Positions 9,437-24,772 of a DNA stretch of 64,000 nucleotides are shown here, piece after piece. The position numbers were made by a program, and so were the translations under genes. The DNA comes from Vicugna vicugna (lineage: Eukaryota), in contig MU062019.1 of NCBI GenBank assembly GCA_013265495.1, positions 372,001 through 436,000 of the forward strand, given 5' to 3'. The notes below the pieces were generated by a model. It made no database searches and was not told where the DNA came from. It was given only the letters and a program-made list of their open reading frames with translations. Numbering within the stretch: position 1 is the first letter of the stretch; every line of letters begins with the position of its first letter.

Positions 9437-12400
9437 CCCCGCCCCTCCCCACCATGGGGCAGCACCTTCCCACACAGGAATGAGGTGGGCACGCCAACTC
9501 CTGGGGACGACGGGGCCGCCTCCCTTCCCGCCCGAGGCCTGGGAGGCTGTGGCTGTCCCCAGGAGGCTGGGCCCTGCGTGCTCACTGCTGTCCTTCCCAC
9601 TTGGGGCCCCGTGCCTCCTGCCCCAGCTGCAGTGTGATGGATAAATCGTGTGCAAAGACTTTGGATGCACTCCCTCTCCTTCCTGCCGCCCTCCTCTCTG
9701 GGGATGCAGGTTCCCTCTATGATGATCTTAGTTTCTACAAAGGCGCCGGACTTTGTCCCGGAGGTTCTCAGTCAGGTGGGCGGCAGGGATCCCGGCTCTA
9801 TCTGCGTGTGTGTCCTCAGCAGAGCACTTGCTGCACCCCCTCCCCTGTGGCGGCGAGGCCCACAGCTGGCTGGAGCATTTGACTCGTCACCCAGACTCAG
9901 ACAGAGCAGGCGGGGCTGGCCGCTGCTGCACAGAGATGGGAGGCGGCCAGGCACCCATCGCCCCGAGCTGCCGCGGTACGGCACCCGCGTCTCCTCCCTG
10001 TCCTCACACCACATTTCCAGCCTCCCCAGAACAGCACTTGGGGCCGGGCCGTGCATCCTCAGCTGTCCGGGTGTCTCCCACCTGCTGCGGGATTCCTTGG
10101 GCCTGTCGCTGCCAGCCAGGCCTCGTCGGGGACAGATGGCCACGTAAAAATAGTCGTGGGCCTCGAGGTGCCACCTCCCCAGCTGTTCTCTTGAGCAGGA
10201 GCCAGACGAGAGGGTGGAGATGGCGGCCTCGGCGAGGGCCCTGGGCAGAGGCTCCCGTCCAGCGAGGATGCATGGTGGGGGTGCGGGGGGCCTCACCGGC
10301 GAGAAAAGGCTCGTGGCCCCCCAGCTCTCCCTGGAATGAACACCAGACAAAACGGTTCTCCCTGTTGATCAGTTTCCAACCAGTCCTACCTGGGCGGGAA
10401 CAGGTCTGACGCACATGCATCTCAACAGCCCCACAGCCCACGGCCTGCCTCCAGCTCAGGGAGCCGGGTCCGGGCAGCGGGGGGTTACAGTTTCTGTACA
10501 CCCCGGAGATCTCCTGGCTGCACCTGGAGCCAGCAGTTACCCAGGGCACACCTGAGAACCAGGAGACGTGTTCTCACCACAATAAAATGAAGTTTAAACA
10601 GTTAAAGATGCTGGAGTCTCGGTGCGTGGCCCAGGGCGGTTTACCTGGCTTCCTGGCCTGGGAAGACGTGGAGGGCACCTGCCTCGGGTAGGGCGGTGGG
10701 TAACCGCAGTGGACCCGCTCACGCCTCCGGGAGTGCATGCGTGAGCCACGTGGTGGACGTCTGGGAGCCGCTCACGGGGTCATTAGCAGGAAAGCAGGAT
10801 GAGCTGTGGGGATGGGCGGGAGAGATGCTTTCTGAATCCCGGGCCAGCTGGGGACTGAGGGTGTGGCCGCCGCAGCATTCCCGGGACAGCTGAGGCAGCT
10901 GCGCGGTGTGCTCGCCTGAACGGCATTTGATCTCCGAACGGCCAGGGTTTCCTGCGGAGAAACAGTAAGAATCTGCACCTACCGCATCCCAGGTGCCCTC
11001 AGAGCAAGCCTGTCAGCTGAGACGGCGCGGCCCTCCTCAGAGCCTCAGAGGAGGCAGGGCGGCTGGACGCCTCCCCTCCCGCCCTGCACGTCCCCGCCCT
11101 GCACAGAGCAGCCAGGCCGCAGACCAGATGGATACCCTGAGCTCAGCGGGACCAGCCGGAGCCACTAGGAAAGGACTCGGGCAAATACCTGGCTGATCAT
11201 AATCAGTTGTGAGCTCTTCTCGTTTAAAAGCATCGCCTGAATTTATATTTAATTCTGAGCAAACTCTGGTGGAAGCCTTTTTGTTGAGGGAGGCATTATT
11301 AAATTTTAAATTAAACATTCTGGGTCCTCCTTTCAGAAGAGGAAAGTCCTTGGATGCTGCGAACTTGCCCTTTTCTATTTTTTTCTTTCACAGTCACTTA
11401 CTAAGTGCATTTGTGTGTGAATGCACCTGCTGAGGGCTGTGGGCAACACGCAGGTGGTCGGGTCTCCAAGCGGGGGAGTTTACAGTCTAGCCCAGGAGGC
11501 AAGCGTCCTCAATGCAGCGCACTGGACGAGGGCCTGGTGATGCGGTTGAGACAGACGGGGGTGTCAGGGGGCAGATGGAAGTTCAGCTCTGACACGCCGC
11601 TGTGACGTCCAGCCAGAATCTGGGACCAGAAAAAGAGCACATCAGATAACCCCAGCTGCAGGTGGGGGTAGCACAGATCAACTTAATTTAATCCAAGCCA
11701 CAGGCTTAAGCAGCAAACAAACCCTGAACATTCCCATCAGAGCTTTTAGTTGCAGAAGCAGAGCTGTAAATGCCTTTCCCATCAGCTTCTGCTCGCACAC
11801 CAGCCGGGGGCGGTAAGGAGGGCTGGAAAAAGCAGACCAGGTCCGAAGGCTCTAGAGACGCGCAGGGGAGGGGCAGGCAGGCTCCGAGTGCTGGGGGAGG
11901 TGAGGAGGTGGCCTGAGGGTCTCTTGCCGGAGCGGGGGTGGGGGAGTCCGTGAGATGGACCGAGCTAGGCCGGGGTCTGAGGTCCGAGCTGTCTTCCCTG
12001 TGCTCGGAGCTCTGCCTGCCCCCTCTGTGTTGTCTTCCCTTTCCCCTCCTGTCCACTAAAAGATGTAACTGTTTCTTCTGTCAACGAGGTCAACACTTGA
12101 TTTTAAATAAAAGGCAGCTGAGTATGTATTTCTCCATCATACACACACACACAAATCTACCTTCTAAATCACATAACCACTTAGATCAGTTTCTCCTCTG
12201 CTTAGCGTAACCTTAATTTTTCATAGCCCAGTGGTCTCAACCAAGCGAGCAAGGCTGTCTTCTAGCACCCGGGACGGAGAGGGGCGCCTATGGGGTCCCA
12301 GCCAAACCCCACAGGAGTTTATGGGGTGTGCAGTGCCTGCTGTGCCAGACCCCTTGGGAAGGGACTCTTGACAGACCCACACAACCTGCCCGGTGGCCTG

Positions 12401-12959
12401 GAAGGCTGCAGTTACAGACGCAGGTCCTGGGTGGCAGAGCCGAATTGAAGCCTCCCCCTCTGACCTCCAGGCTCCCCACCTTCCTTAGCAGGCGAGTTCT
12501 GTGCCCCAGTGTTCCCAGGAGAGGACACTGCAGGAGTCTTGGAGAGCGGGGCAGAGAACACTTCGCAAACGGAGCCGTGGGGACAGTCTTGTGCGAGGGC
12601 TGCTCTGGGCAGAGCCGACGGGAGAGCCCCTCCCTCCTTCCCTCCCTCAGGCTGGCCTCCGAGAAGACTGGGAGCAACAGGCCCAAGTGCCGCTAAGTAA
12701 TCGGCGGCGTCTGGGGTGGGAGTTTGTCCTTTGATACTTTTTAGTCTTTTAGAACTTCCCTGAAGCTCATCTATTTCTCTCCTACCAAAAAAGTTTACAC
12801 TGCAGTAAAAAGCTCGGCACCTAGAACGCAGCATCGTGGCCGTTTTTAACCGTCCAGTTCAGTGACGTTAGGTTCATTCGCAGTGTTGCGTACAGACCTC
12901 CAGAGCTTTTCATCTCGCGAAACTCGCCCTTCAGTTTTTACTGGAAAAATAACACAAAG

Positions 12960-13100
12960 ACTACTTTTAAAAATATAAAATAACAACAGCCTGTAGTGAA
13001 AAAGAATATGAAAAGGTATGTATGTGTATAACTGAACCACTGTGCTGCACACCAGAAATTAACACAACATTGTAAACCAACTACACTTCAACTGAAAAAA
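12960..13100 (+). mobile_element. LINE-1 3' end fragment
   Basis: ataactgaaccactgtgctgcacaccagaaattaacacaacattgtaaaccaactacacttcaactgaaaaaa is a typical laurasiatherian L1 tail. Confidence 0.65.
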
Positions 13101-13283
13101 CCCTGCTGAAGGCCCGCCTCGCCCCCCCACCCCTCTGCCGTGGCCCTGGCGGGACCCTCCAGTCCAGCTCGCCGGGCAGCCCCACCCCACCCCACCCGGC
13201 TTGTGTCCCCTCCACAGTCCTGGCTGGCTGCTGTCTCCGCCCCCGTCCTGCACCTCTTGCCACTGTGTTCAAGATGAGGGGCC

Positions 13284-13420
13284 GGGGAGGGGGACGTATG
13301 GCCCAGTGGTAGAGCATGTGCTTAGCACGCACGAGGCCCTGGGTTCAGTCCCCAGCACCCATTAAATACAGAAACAAACCTAGTTACCCCCTCCCCACCC
13401 AAAACAAACAAACAAAGAAC
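13284..13420 (+). mobile_element. tRNA-derived SINE (camelid-type)
   Basis: TGGCCCAGTGGTAGAGC A box, GGTTCAGTCC B box, A-rich tail. Confidence 0.8.
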
Positions 13421-16400
13421 ATGACATGGCACAATCCGGCTGCACTTCAGGTGAGCTGGGTTTCCTCTTATGGACGTTGACCAGTCACGGAACGTGAGAG
13501 CTGGGAGAGAATTTAGAGGCCCTCTGGTCCCACTCACCCACTGCCCAACAGGCAGACTGATTTTATCTGAACCCAGACTTCCAGGAGGTGGGCTTAAGGA
13601 TCACATCAGCGTTTCAGTTCACTTTCCAGTCCAACAAAACAGGCTGCAGCCCCCCCTCCACCACCGCCTGGCTATCCAGGGAGTTACAATTCCACAAACA
13701 CAGCACTGCTTCATGGTCACACGTCCCCCACCTGTCTGACCCTTGTCTAGGAAAGATACAGGAAACAGGGTTTACATTTTTGTTCCCAACTCCGCACAAA
13801 AGTGGCCGAGGTGGGGTGAGGGGAGGCATGCCTGTCACCTGACCGTTACCACTGTCCGAATGAGCTCAACTCAGAAATGGAGGGGGTGGCCGGGGCTGCG
13901 AGGGAGGGGGCCATCTCCTCAGTTCTTTGCTGTTACTTATTCAACCCAGTTAGACAGCCAAGCAGTTGGCCGTGTCCCAGCCAGCACAGGGCTGGCACAC
14001 GACAGACACACAGCTCAAGCTGGTGGGTTAGATCTCAAGGAACTGTGTCCCCTGCTTCCCAGTGACCATCATGTCCCCAGAGCCTGGACTTCTGGAAGGA
14101 ACAGGGTTTGCACTTGGCTCCTGTGGATAAACTTGCCCTGTTCTGAAGACCTCCAGCCTTTGGAAGCCCTTGGGAGATGGCGTCCTGGCCGCTGCCTCTC
14201 CGACCGTCTCTGTCCCGGGTCAGAGGGCAATCACCACACTCTTGGCCGAAGATTTTTACCTACAAAACCCAGAGACTACTGCTGGCTGGCTGTGTCCCCT
14301 ACTCTCTGGGCTAAATCTTTCGGTTCATCCACCGTCACTGTTCCATTTGCAAAGTTTCCAAACGTACAGGCAAGCTTAAAGAATGGTATCACAGCAAAAC
14401 ACACAGCCACACCCTGGTCTGGATGCGGCTTTGTGACCATGTGGCTGCATTTCTTCCTTTCTGAGCACACACACCCATTTCTTCTATGAAGCGCGTGAAA
14501 GCAGGCTGCCTGGACCCCTACATGTCATCACCACACTTAAAATAACACCAGTTAGACGTCATCCCCCAGTTGTTCTCCAAATGCATGCGAGCGATGACAG
14601 TGACAGCTCCCCTCCGGGTCCGACCAGGGCCAGTGCGTCTCCTTCATGGTTCTCTTCTACTCTCATTTTTTTTCCCTGAACAATCTTTGTGGCTTTATTC
14701 TGAACTCGCTGAGTTTCCCAGATCTCCTGTAATTAGATTTACACAGGAATAGAAGGCCTTGCCCCTCTGGACTCGCACATCTAGGAAGGCAGCCCCTCAG
14801 AGGCCCTCACTTGGGGCCACCTTCGTTGCTGAGAAAGCAGGCCCTTGCATCTTAAAGTAAAACCAGAGGTGCCTGCTGCCCTCGGAAGTGCTGAGCTGGC
14901 CTGTCTTTAAGCAGAATAACGAATCTGCAAGGCAGATTCCAAATTGCTTTGCTGAAGGTGCCAGGCATCAGGAAATCCTAACCCAAGAGTCAGCTTGGAG
15001 CTGCTCTTCCCGGGTGGTGGCCAGAGCCCACTCACCTTGGCGACGGGAGAGCCACAACCAGTCCCAGCACCTGCCCCTCCCCGCGCAGGGCACAGGTGCG
15101 TGGCCGCGCCCTCCCCAAGAACCACCCTCCTTTTACCAAGAGTCACATCACATAAAAGCACCTAACTCCTCTGTCGCCGTGCACTTCAGACACACGCGGG
15201 GAGGACTGAGCCCCTGTCCCCTGGGATGGAGGTGCTTTTCAATACCGTGTCCAGACCGGGGCAGTCCCCAGAAACCTTACTCCAAGTGGTGACCACGGAG
15301 GACAGAGGAGGGGGCGAGGGACTGTGGGAACAGGCAGGACTCGAGGACCTAGAACTCTGTCGCCACCCAGACCTGGTCCTGGGCTGCACCCGTCCCTGCA
15401 GGGCCTGGGACATGCCCACCCGGGGTGCACGGCACTGCCTGCACCCTAGGACCTCAGGACTCCCTGCCCGAGCAGCCCTGAACCTAGTGACCATGACAGG
15501 GATGTGGCCCAGGGACAGCCATGTGGGCTGGGTGTGCACGGGAGATGCTTCCCAGGGTGGGTCGGGCAAGGAAAGAGGCCAGCCCTCTGCCTCCACCACC
15601 CCTGATGCAAATCCCAAGGAGTCAGAGAACCCTACATTGGAACTGGCTCTCCAGACAGGAAGGTGAGTTGTGGAGGTAGGAGGGCAGAACGCACACTCCA
15701 AGGGTTTTGCAAGCTCGACTGGCGATGCTACGTCTTCAGCCCTGCTCGCGGTGGGCCGCTCACTGCCCCCGCCCCAGCTGCAGTGACACCTACCTGGGAG
15801 GGTTGTCATGCAGATTCTGTACAAAAGCATCCAGCAAAGAGCCCTCGTCACCCACGCTCCCTCCTCGTGGTGTGGATGGCAGGTTGGGGTGGTCACCAGG
15901 GAGTGTCCATCAGAAACTCAAGTATAAGTCAGCTTCCCCCATCCACTCCATTCCAGGTGACCCCGGGGCCACACTGACACCTACTCTCTGGCTCCAGCAA
16001 AGACCTTGGACTCAAATTCTGCCGAAGGACTAGCTCTGAAGAGGTGGCTGTTTCAGCAAAGTCCTGAAGCTGCCAATAGGACCGTCTTCTTTAAACTCCT
16101 TAGGGGCTGGCCTGACTGAGTGGCCAGCGCCGAGCAACGTCTCTGCCAGGAACCACAGGCCCTCCACTCCCCAGCTCCCTGCCCCAGACGCCACACCAGC
16201 CCTCAGATAAAGGGAGCATTTCCTTGCAGTCAGTCATTAAGTTGAACAAGGTGAGCCGATGGAACGAGGGAAGCGGGAGACTGGGTCATCTTGGTTCGTG
16301 ATGGACGGGAATGGGCAGGGCCTCAGCCAGGTCACCTGCTTCCCCAGGCGTCCTGCGTGTAAGCAGAGATGTGAGGCCCTACAGGAAGGCCAAGTGGCAG

Positions 16401-18090
16401 CAGTGCGGGGCGGGGGGCAGGGGGCAGGGATCCAGTTGAAAGAAATTAAGCCCTGAAATTGGGAATGTTTGAAAAACTCCAAGAAAGAATGTTTCTAAGC
16501 TTTCCACCTCTTTCCAACCACACACACGTTAGGATTTTCCCCGAGTTTTCGCGTATCTAAAAGGAAACTGTGAGTCACAGAACAGCTGCTTCCTCATCGG
16601 CAGGCACTTCCACTTGGGGGGGGCGGGCAGCCCCTGGTTTCAGTCTCCTTCATGGAAGTGTTCTGGGGAGGACACACACACTCATGTCCGCCAGGACGAC
16701 CCTTCCATTTCAGAGACTTGCAAACTGAAGCGCAGAGGACGTGCGGGGACACAGAGCTCACCGGAAACGGAGGAGGACCTGAAATCAAGTCACCCCGACT
16801 CACTGCGCGGTGGTCATTCCACAGGACCGCCCAGAAGGGGGCTGCTGCTCCCGGAGGAACTAACTCCCACCCAGAGGTGGCTCTGCCTTGCCGCCCGGCA
16901 CTCGGGGACACCTGCTGCGCAGAAGCACTCCAGCGAGCGAGCTGGCCGGCCGGGGCTGCCACCCGGGGGCCCTGGAGGGAGCCCCGGGCGTCCGGGTGGA
17001 GCTCGCCCGGGGGGGCGGGCAGCAGGGGCCCGGGCTGCGTGGGGCAAACCGGCCCTGGGGAGAGTGAGGCCGACTGAGCAGGGAGGGTGGGGGCCCAGAG
17101 CCCAGGGGGCCTGACGCAGGCGGCTACCGAGTGAGGGCTGTTTACCTGCTGGAGGGGCCGTCGGGGAAACTCGGCGATGGGCGAGCCCGGCGCCGCCCCG
17201 CGTCATGTTAGGAATGCAGAGCCTGGGGTCACACAGCAGAACGGCCTGCGGGCCCGCGAGGGCTGAGCTCACTCCGCCGGGAATCCCCTCGGAGAGAGAA
17301 GGCAGCCCAGCCCCGTACGACCAACGCTTCCTTCCTGCGGACTCACTCCCCCGGCCCTGTACTTACCCGCACACAGGACGTCCGCGTCCACACCCCCCCG
17401 CGACAGCAAAAAGGAGTCCCCGGCCGCACGCGCACGGGACGTGACGGCACCGGGGCCGAGAGCCCACCCCTGCGCCCTCCCGGGCCGCGGCGCCTTCCTC
17501 AGTGACTCGGGCTGGGGCGGCTGCGTAGACGCCCGTGCAGGGCGTGTGTGTTGGTTTTCTGGTCCGGTCGTGTGTTCCCTTCGACCAGACTCCACCACAG
17601 ACGGTTCGGGTCGACAGAGCGGAATGGCACCGGTAGAGGCAGGACGGGGGGACACAGGAACGCGCGCCCGCGGCGGGGTTGGGGGGCAAGGGTCAGACTC
17701 ACCCCGAAAGGCGCCACTCCCGTGTCCCGCAGCCCCTCTACCCGCTGGGCGTGAACCCGAGGCCGAGGGGTCCCCGGTCCCCCTCCCCCCACCCCGGTGG
17801 GCGGCAAGCCGGGGAGAGGCGCTAGTCCTTCCGGCCGCCGGCCGCCCACCAGCTGCGTCTGCGCCCCGGCCCGCTCGAATGGGCGCTCCAGGGACCGGCT
17901 CTTTCCCGGCCCGGCCCCCGAGGGGGGTCCGTCCACTCCCGCGCAGCGTCGAGGCGGCATCGGGAGAACAGCCAGGGGTTAGGGAGCCAGGCATCCGCAG
18001 GCGGCGAGGTGCCTGGAGAGAGAGGCCCGGCCCAGGTCAAGAGCCCGGAGCTGCGGGGCCCGCAGTCGCCCTGCGGTCCGAGCGCGCGCC

Positions 18091-18147
18091 ATGAGGGAGA
18101 TCGTGCACATCCAGGCGGGCCAATGCGGGAACCAGATTGGCACCAAG
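18091..18147 (+). CDS. TUBB6: TUBB6 exon 1
   Basis: MREIVHIQAGQCGNQIGTK|gtgagc. Confidence 0.96.
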
Positions 18148-18417
18148 GTGAGCGCGGGCCGGGCCGGGCTTCCCTGCGGGTGGGTGGCCCGCCCCTGCCC
18201 TCGGGCCGCGGGCAGCGCGAGACCGGCGCGGCTGAGAAGGTGACACCGCGGGACCCCAGCCCCGCCTCTGGTCTCCACCGCGCGGGGGCGGCCGCCCAGG
18301 CGCGCGTGGAATTCGGCGGCCGCTCCCCGCGCCCCGCCCGCCGGGCCGGTCCTGGGGGAGCTGCGGGCGCCCGGGCCCGGGGGCTGACCGTCTGCTCCCC
18401 GCCCCGCCCTCTGCAAG

Positions 18418-18526
18418 TTTTGGGAAGTGATCAGCGACGAACACGGCATCGACCCGGCCGGAGGCTACGTGGGCGACTCGGCGCTCCAGCTGGAGAGGAT
18501 CAACGTCTACTACAATGAGTCATCGT
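18418..18526 (+). CDS. TUBB6: TUBB6 exon 2
   Basis: ctgcaag|TTT TGG GAA...TCA TCG T|gtgagt; [20 protein letters not shown]. Confidence 0.95.
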
Positions 18527-19914
18527 GTGAGTGGCGCGGCGCGACCGCTCCCTTCCCCTCCCGGAGCCCGGCCAGCCCCGCCCGGGTGGTGCCCGGCTCC
18601 TCCCTCGCTCCCCCTGGGGCGGGAAATCCGCCGTCGGCTCATTTCAAACAGCCTTGCTCTCCGGGGTTCAGACCCCTGTAGTGCTGGGAAATCAACCTCG
18701 TGGGGGGTGTACGGCTCTGTCTTCCCGCTTACAATGTACTCCTTAATGAGGATTCTTCGCTAAAAATGTGAAAAACACTCCCTCGAACGGCTTTTCTGGC
18801 CCTTTGTAGACCCCCAGAAAGACCTTACAGCCCCTGGCAGCTGCAGCTGCAGGCGGTCCTGGGTCATTTCTGGTGGAGTCAGTGAAGATTCCAGGCTGTG
18901 GTTTATCCGATTGAGAACAGCACCCCCCACCCGGCCCCGGGTAGCTACATGTATATTGTGGTTACATGTGTAATTTATTTCTGCAGCAAGTTTTATTATA
19001 AAAGCCATATATTCTCTTCACAAAACAACAAAAAACAGACTTTTTAAAGACCACCCAGAGAGTGGCAGGTGCTGCCCCTCCGCACACACGACGTGTGTCC
19101 CCGGAGATACTGTTTTTTGGAGTCGCTGCTGCTTGTCCACGTAGCAGCTGGGGAGAGCAGGATACAGAAGTGCATTTTAGTCCCTGAGCAGCTGTGACAA
19201 AAGGTCTCGAACAGCAGGACGTGGACGCTGAGGTTCCCGGATGGCACTGAAAAAATTCCACTACACCTGGCACTTGCTGTTACCCATCAGGCCGGGCGTG
19301 GGGACATCCATCCTTCAGCCTGGGTGTGTGCACTGCAGGACGAGCTGTAGGGCAGCTCCCACGTGCAATGACCCACCCTCGCTGGGAGGTTTCCTCCTGG
19401 GTGGACCTGGGCTCGGGGAGGAAAGTTTGCGCAGCCACACTCGTCCGTGAGCCGTAGAGTCCCGGCAACAGCATGGGCGCGGGTGGAACAGGTGCCAGAC
19501 TCACTGGTGGGCTCACGTGTGTGTGAGGGGGCATGGCGCCAGAGTGCCCCGACAATGCGGCAGTTCGCCGCAATAGATTCCGTTTGTTTCCATGGAGCAA
19601 ATAAAGTCCAAATGCCCACAGGAAAGAACAGGAAAAACACAGGAGGCAGGAAGTCGAGGGCCCTCATGCCTCATCCTGCCCTCTCCCGGAGCTTCCGGTG
19701 CCTGGGCTGCTTTCCTCGTCTGCAGGACTCAAGGGTGGGCTGTGTTCTCTGGGGCTCCCCTCCCCCCGGGGCTAAGATCCTGCGATTCTAAGCAAGCAGG
19801 TTCCTTGTGAAGAAACCCCGCTTTGCCCGTCCCAGGCAGCTGTGCTGGTGGGACTCGGTCTGGGGAGGTGTGCTGCTCTAGGAACCAGAGCGTGAGGGCT
19901 TTGTTCTCTTCCAG

Positions 19915-20025
19915 CTCAGAAATACGTGCCCAGGGCCGCCCTGGTGGACTTGGAGCCGGGCACCATGGACAGCGTGCGGTCCGGGCCTTTCGGGCAGCTC
20001 TTCCGGCCTGACAACTTCATTTTTG
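19915..20025 (+). CDS. TUBB6: TUBB6 exon 3
   Basis: ttccag|CT CAG AAA TAC...TTT G|gtaggt; [35 protein letters not shown]. Confidence 0.95.
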
Positions 20026-20084
20026 GTAGGTTCCGTCTTTCCTGCTTTCTTCTTCCCCTCTTTTATTATTATTGTTTAAAATTT

Positions 20085-20295
20085 ATTATTTTTTAAAATT
20101 GAAGTTCAGTTACAATGTGTCAATTTCTGGTGTACAGCACAGTGTCCCAGTCATGCATATATATATGCATATTCATTTTCGTATTTTCTCATTAAGGGTT
20201 ATTACAAGATATTGACAACAGCTCCCTGTGCTGTACAGAAGCAGCTTGTTTTTTTACCTATTTTTATATATTGTAGTTAATATTTGCAACCTCTT
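20085..20295 (-). mobile_element. LINE-1 3' end fragment in TUBB6 intron 3
   Basis: ttacaatgtgtcaatttctggtgtacagcac...ttattacaagatattg is the reverse complement of the L1 tail also seen at 12960. Confidence 0.7.
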
Positions 20296-23200
20296 TTATG
20301 TTTTAAACATCAGGCTATTTTATGTGTAAGATTAAAAACACCATGTGGCATAGAAAAGCTTAGGGTGGAAACTCGTGGTCCCCAGCCTTGTCGCAGGCAG
20401 GCTCTTTTAGGCTGACTTTTTCTTTGGGAAAGTCAGCCTTTGATTTTCTAAATGCAATGCTTACTAGTGGTAGTTGAGTTGAAAAAATTTCAGACATTAA
20501 TTGTTTTCTCCCCTCATAAACTATCATAACATGGTGATAATAATAGTCATTTGTCCTTGGTTCCTGTTGCTTATCGTTTGACTTCAGTCTGTCACACCTG
20601 TAGTACCTGTAGTTTCCCATCACCTATAGACCCTTGTTCTGCTTTCTTTCCAAAGGCTGGTACCATGGGTTTAGTTTTATTGGATTTGGGCAAATCTTCC
20701 TTCCCCTGTCTTCCACCTTAAAAATGATAGCAGTGCCAGTCTCTCTGCAAACTCCTAAAGAAAATTACAGTAAATTAAATTAAGCGGCACTGTTAGTGTG
20801 ACCAGCCTCCCTCACCTGGTAGGCGTGGCTTTTAGAAGTCAAGTTTCGTTCAAAGCGTTTAAGAGGAGACAGACTCCTGGGAGATTCTGTTGGTACCGTA
20901 ATCAAGTCCCCTGTATTGGAATCAGGCAACGACCTGCTATAAGGTGATTCAGCAGAGCACACGTCCACAAAGTTTACGAGGCCTGCAGGCATCATCCCTT
21001 TCCCCATCACCGTGACGACCCACACTACCAATGGCACAGCCATGCTTCTGATGATTTGTTCAAGGGTTTTTGGCACCATTGATATTTCAAACAGACCAGG
21101 ACTAGGGTCTCGCATGCTGCTTTTATCACATTTCCGCTTTGCAGTCTGTGGAAGGGAGGGCCCCCACCCATTTGAAGTCCAGGCCCATCTCCCCTACTCC
21201 ATGCATGAATTCCATGTGGAATTCTGCTTCATTTCTTCCCCTGAGGGTTCGATCTGGGAGGACAGCTAAGGTTTCTTGATCCTGAACTAAATTCAAAGAA
21301 GGAGGCACAGTCAGGGATGCAGCTGCAGATGTTCAACTCCTGACCCCCAGTATTTCACTGGGAACGTCTGTTGCTATGAGACAGTGGCAAAATATTTTCA
21401 GAAGTCAACAGCTTCCCCCTATTGCTGAGAGCCGAGAAAACTTTGTGGCTGATCACGCTGTATACGCCGAGGAAGCCAAGTGGACAGTGGGCTGGCGGGA
21501 GGCAGGGTCGAGGCAGGGTCTGCACTTACAAGCAGAGGGGTGCCGCTGGCTGCCAGTTGTTGGTTTCCAGCTGTGTAGTGAAGCCATCCCTAGGCCCTTT
21601 GTGACAGTTGTAAAGCTGCAACAGCTCTACCCTGGGCTCCGGGCTCCAGCGGGAGGCTGACGCTTGCTGCTTGGGTGGGAGGTGGTGGGGACCGAATGGG
21701 GGTCTAAGAAGGACGGTGATCGTTTTTGAACCTCATCAGAGAGGGCGGCCAGTCCAGCGGGAAGAAAGGGAATCTGTGTTTCTAGACAAAGAGACGGAAC
21801 CCCTCGCCCACCTCCAGGGCCGAGGGGCAACCCCGGGTGTGGTCCAGGGCTCGAGAGGAACAAGAGTGTGTGCGGTGAAAACGTGCTCTACTTCACGGCT
21901 CAGCCCTGCAGGTTCCCTGCATCCCTTCAGGGGCACCTGGGCTCCACACGCAGAGTTACACTGTCACGCACACACAGCCAGCTCCACGCACCTTGTGGTC
22001 CTCGGGTCTTCCCGTCTGCAGAGTACCCTGGAGCCTTTCCATTGCGGCCCTGAGGTTGATGGAGGCTGCCTTCCTTTGCAGCATCTGTCTGATACAACGC
22101 ATTCTTGTTACTAGACATTTGAGTTGTCCCCCTTTCTCTGTGAGTTTCTGCACGTTTCGGGTAGAGCTGCTACTAAGTCTGGGGGACCCATTCAGATCGA
22201 GGAGGCTAAACTGTCCTCCACAGGTTCCTTGTGCCCTGGGCAGCTCCGTGTGGAGGGGCCTCACCCCGGGCCCTTGTCAGCACGGTGTCCCGAGCTTTCT
22301 GAGCTGTCAGTTTTATGGGGTGAAGTGGAAGCTCCTTGTTTGCGTTTGCATTTGCCTTCTGAGGAGTAAGCCCCACGTAGGCCATTTTCATCTCCCTCCC
22401 TGTGAGCTGGGTTTACCCCGTGCACCCCCCCACAAAGGCTGCTGGCCTCCTTACTGATCGGTGGGACTCCCCTGGATACTTCAGACGGGGTGCCCCCGGC
22501 ATGAGGTACGGATCACTCACAGTCATCTTAAACTCACTGAAGGGTCACAGAACTTGGGTTGTTTTCCTTGTTTTCCAGACTTGCACCTTACACAACAGTG
22601 CTCAGCGCTGATCAGTGCTATGGAGAGCCAAAGAAATCTGAGCTGACTCCTTCCTCTGGTGTGAGGCCGCCCCTGGGGTAACTGCCAAGTCCAGGGGTGT
22701 CTGTGAGCAGGCCCTGCCCCCCAGCAGCTTTCTCCTGATGTTGTGCTGGGAGGGTCTCAAGGGGCAGCCCCCAGCTCAGGGTCCCCATCGGTGCACAGCG
22801 ACAGGTACTGACCTGCCCACCCACAGCAGAGATGCGTGGGTGGTGAATTGTGGCCACCAGCTTGGAATCAGCGGGGAGAGGTCCGCACGGTATGGGGCCA
22901 GCCCGACAAGACGGTCTTGGCACCTCTGCTCTGCTTGTCTCGTGTGTCCACCTGACGTGGCCAAATCTCCTGCCCACTCCACCTCTAGCAGTGGGACCAT
23001 AATGGTCTGTTTCGTTGGATAAGCAGGGAGAATCTGATAAGGGAGCCGATAGATTTATTTTTTAATTTTTTAAGAATACATGATTCTTCTTTTCAAAACC
23101 TCCCTTGCTTCCTCAACAGCTTAGCATTTTAGCTGCACATTCCATTCAGCAATGACTTGTCTTTATAATTTATTACCAAATAGATTTCTGCATCATTTAC

Positions 23201-23421
23201 TTTGATTAACCTAATAAACCTAATTACCTTCCCCCTCAAAAAAAAAGGAAAGGAAAATTGCCAGGTCCAAAGGTATGTCCATCTCAACACTGATGGACTT
23301 CACTTCTCTCAGCGCTCCCGGCAGAGCTGCTGGGGCCGTCGGCCCCACTGTCGCTCAGCCTCAGCCTGTTACCTGATTTCCTCGTTATCCAATCTTCTCC
23401 GTCGCACAGTTCCCTCCGTAG

Positions 23422-24522
<1,101 letters not shown>

Positions 24523-24750
24523 TGTGGTCCCTGCCGCCACCACCCCGGCCCAGACGTCCTCCCTCCAGCTCCGGTGGCCGAGCGGAGCCCTGGTCTGAGT
24601 ACATGGGTCCAGGCCCCTTGGGAAGGCGGCGGGACTGCCCTGCCAGCCACCCGGGATAAAGGACACCAGAATGCAGGGACCGGCGGCCCTACCCAACGAC
24701 GTCAGACCAGAGATCTCCACCCGAGGGCTTGAAAGAATGCACGGGCCATA

Positions 24751-24772
24751 AATAAAGGGCTGGAGAAATAAA
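24751..24772 (+). terminator. TUBB6 polyadenylation signals (AATAAA at 24751 and 24767; a third at 24914)
   Basis: AATAAA hexamers 230-250 nt after the stop codon. Confidence 0.7.

Larger units (their letters stand above)
16900..18660. promoter_or_regulatory. CpG island over the TUBB6 promoter and exons 1-2
   Basis: Very high GC and CpG density by eye; TATA-less; surrounds the ATG at 18091. Confidence 0.8.

Noticed and set aside
13284-13420. tRNA-like sequence with A and B boxes (also at 3557, 4375 and 40195)
   Set aside because: Followed by an A-rich tail, acceptor stem does not pair properly, and several diverged copies exist: a SINE, not a tRNA gene
18411-18417. AAG splice acceptors (TUBB6 intron 1; AFG3L2 introns 8 and 11)
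   Set aside because: Less common but canonical AG sites that give the correct exon lengths; no sign of disruption
16600-18700. Many overlapping 100-240-aa ORFs
   Set aside because: Pro/Gly/Arg/Ala-rich translations typical of a stop-poor CpG island; no recognisable domains
20153-20170. 18-bp palindrome ATGCATATATATATGCAT
   Set aside because: A (TA)n core inside an L1 tail; trivial self-complementarity
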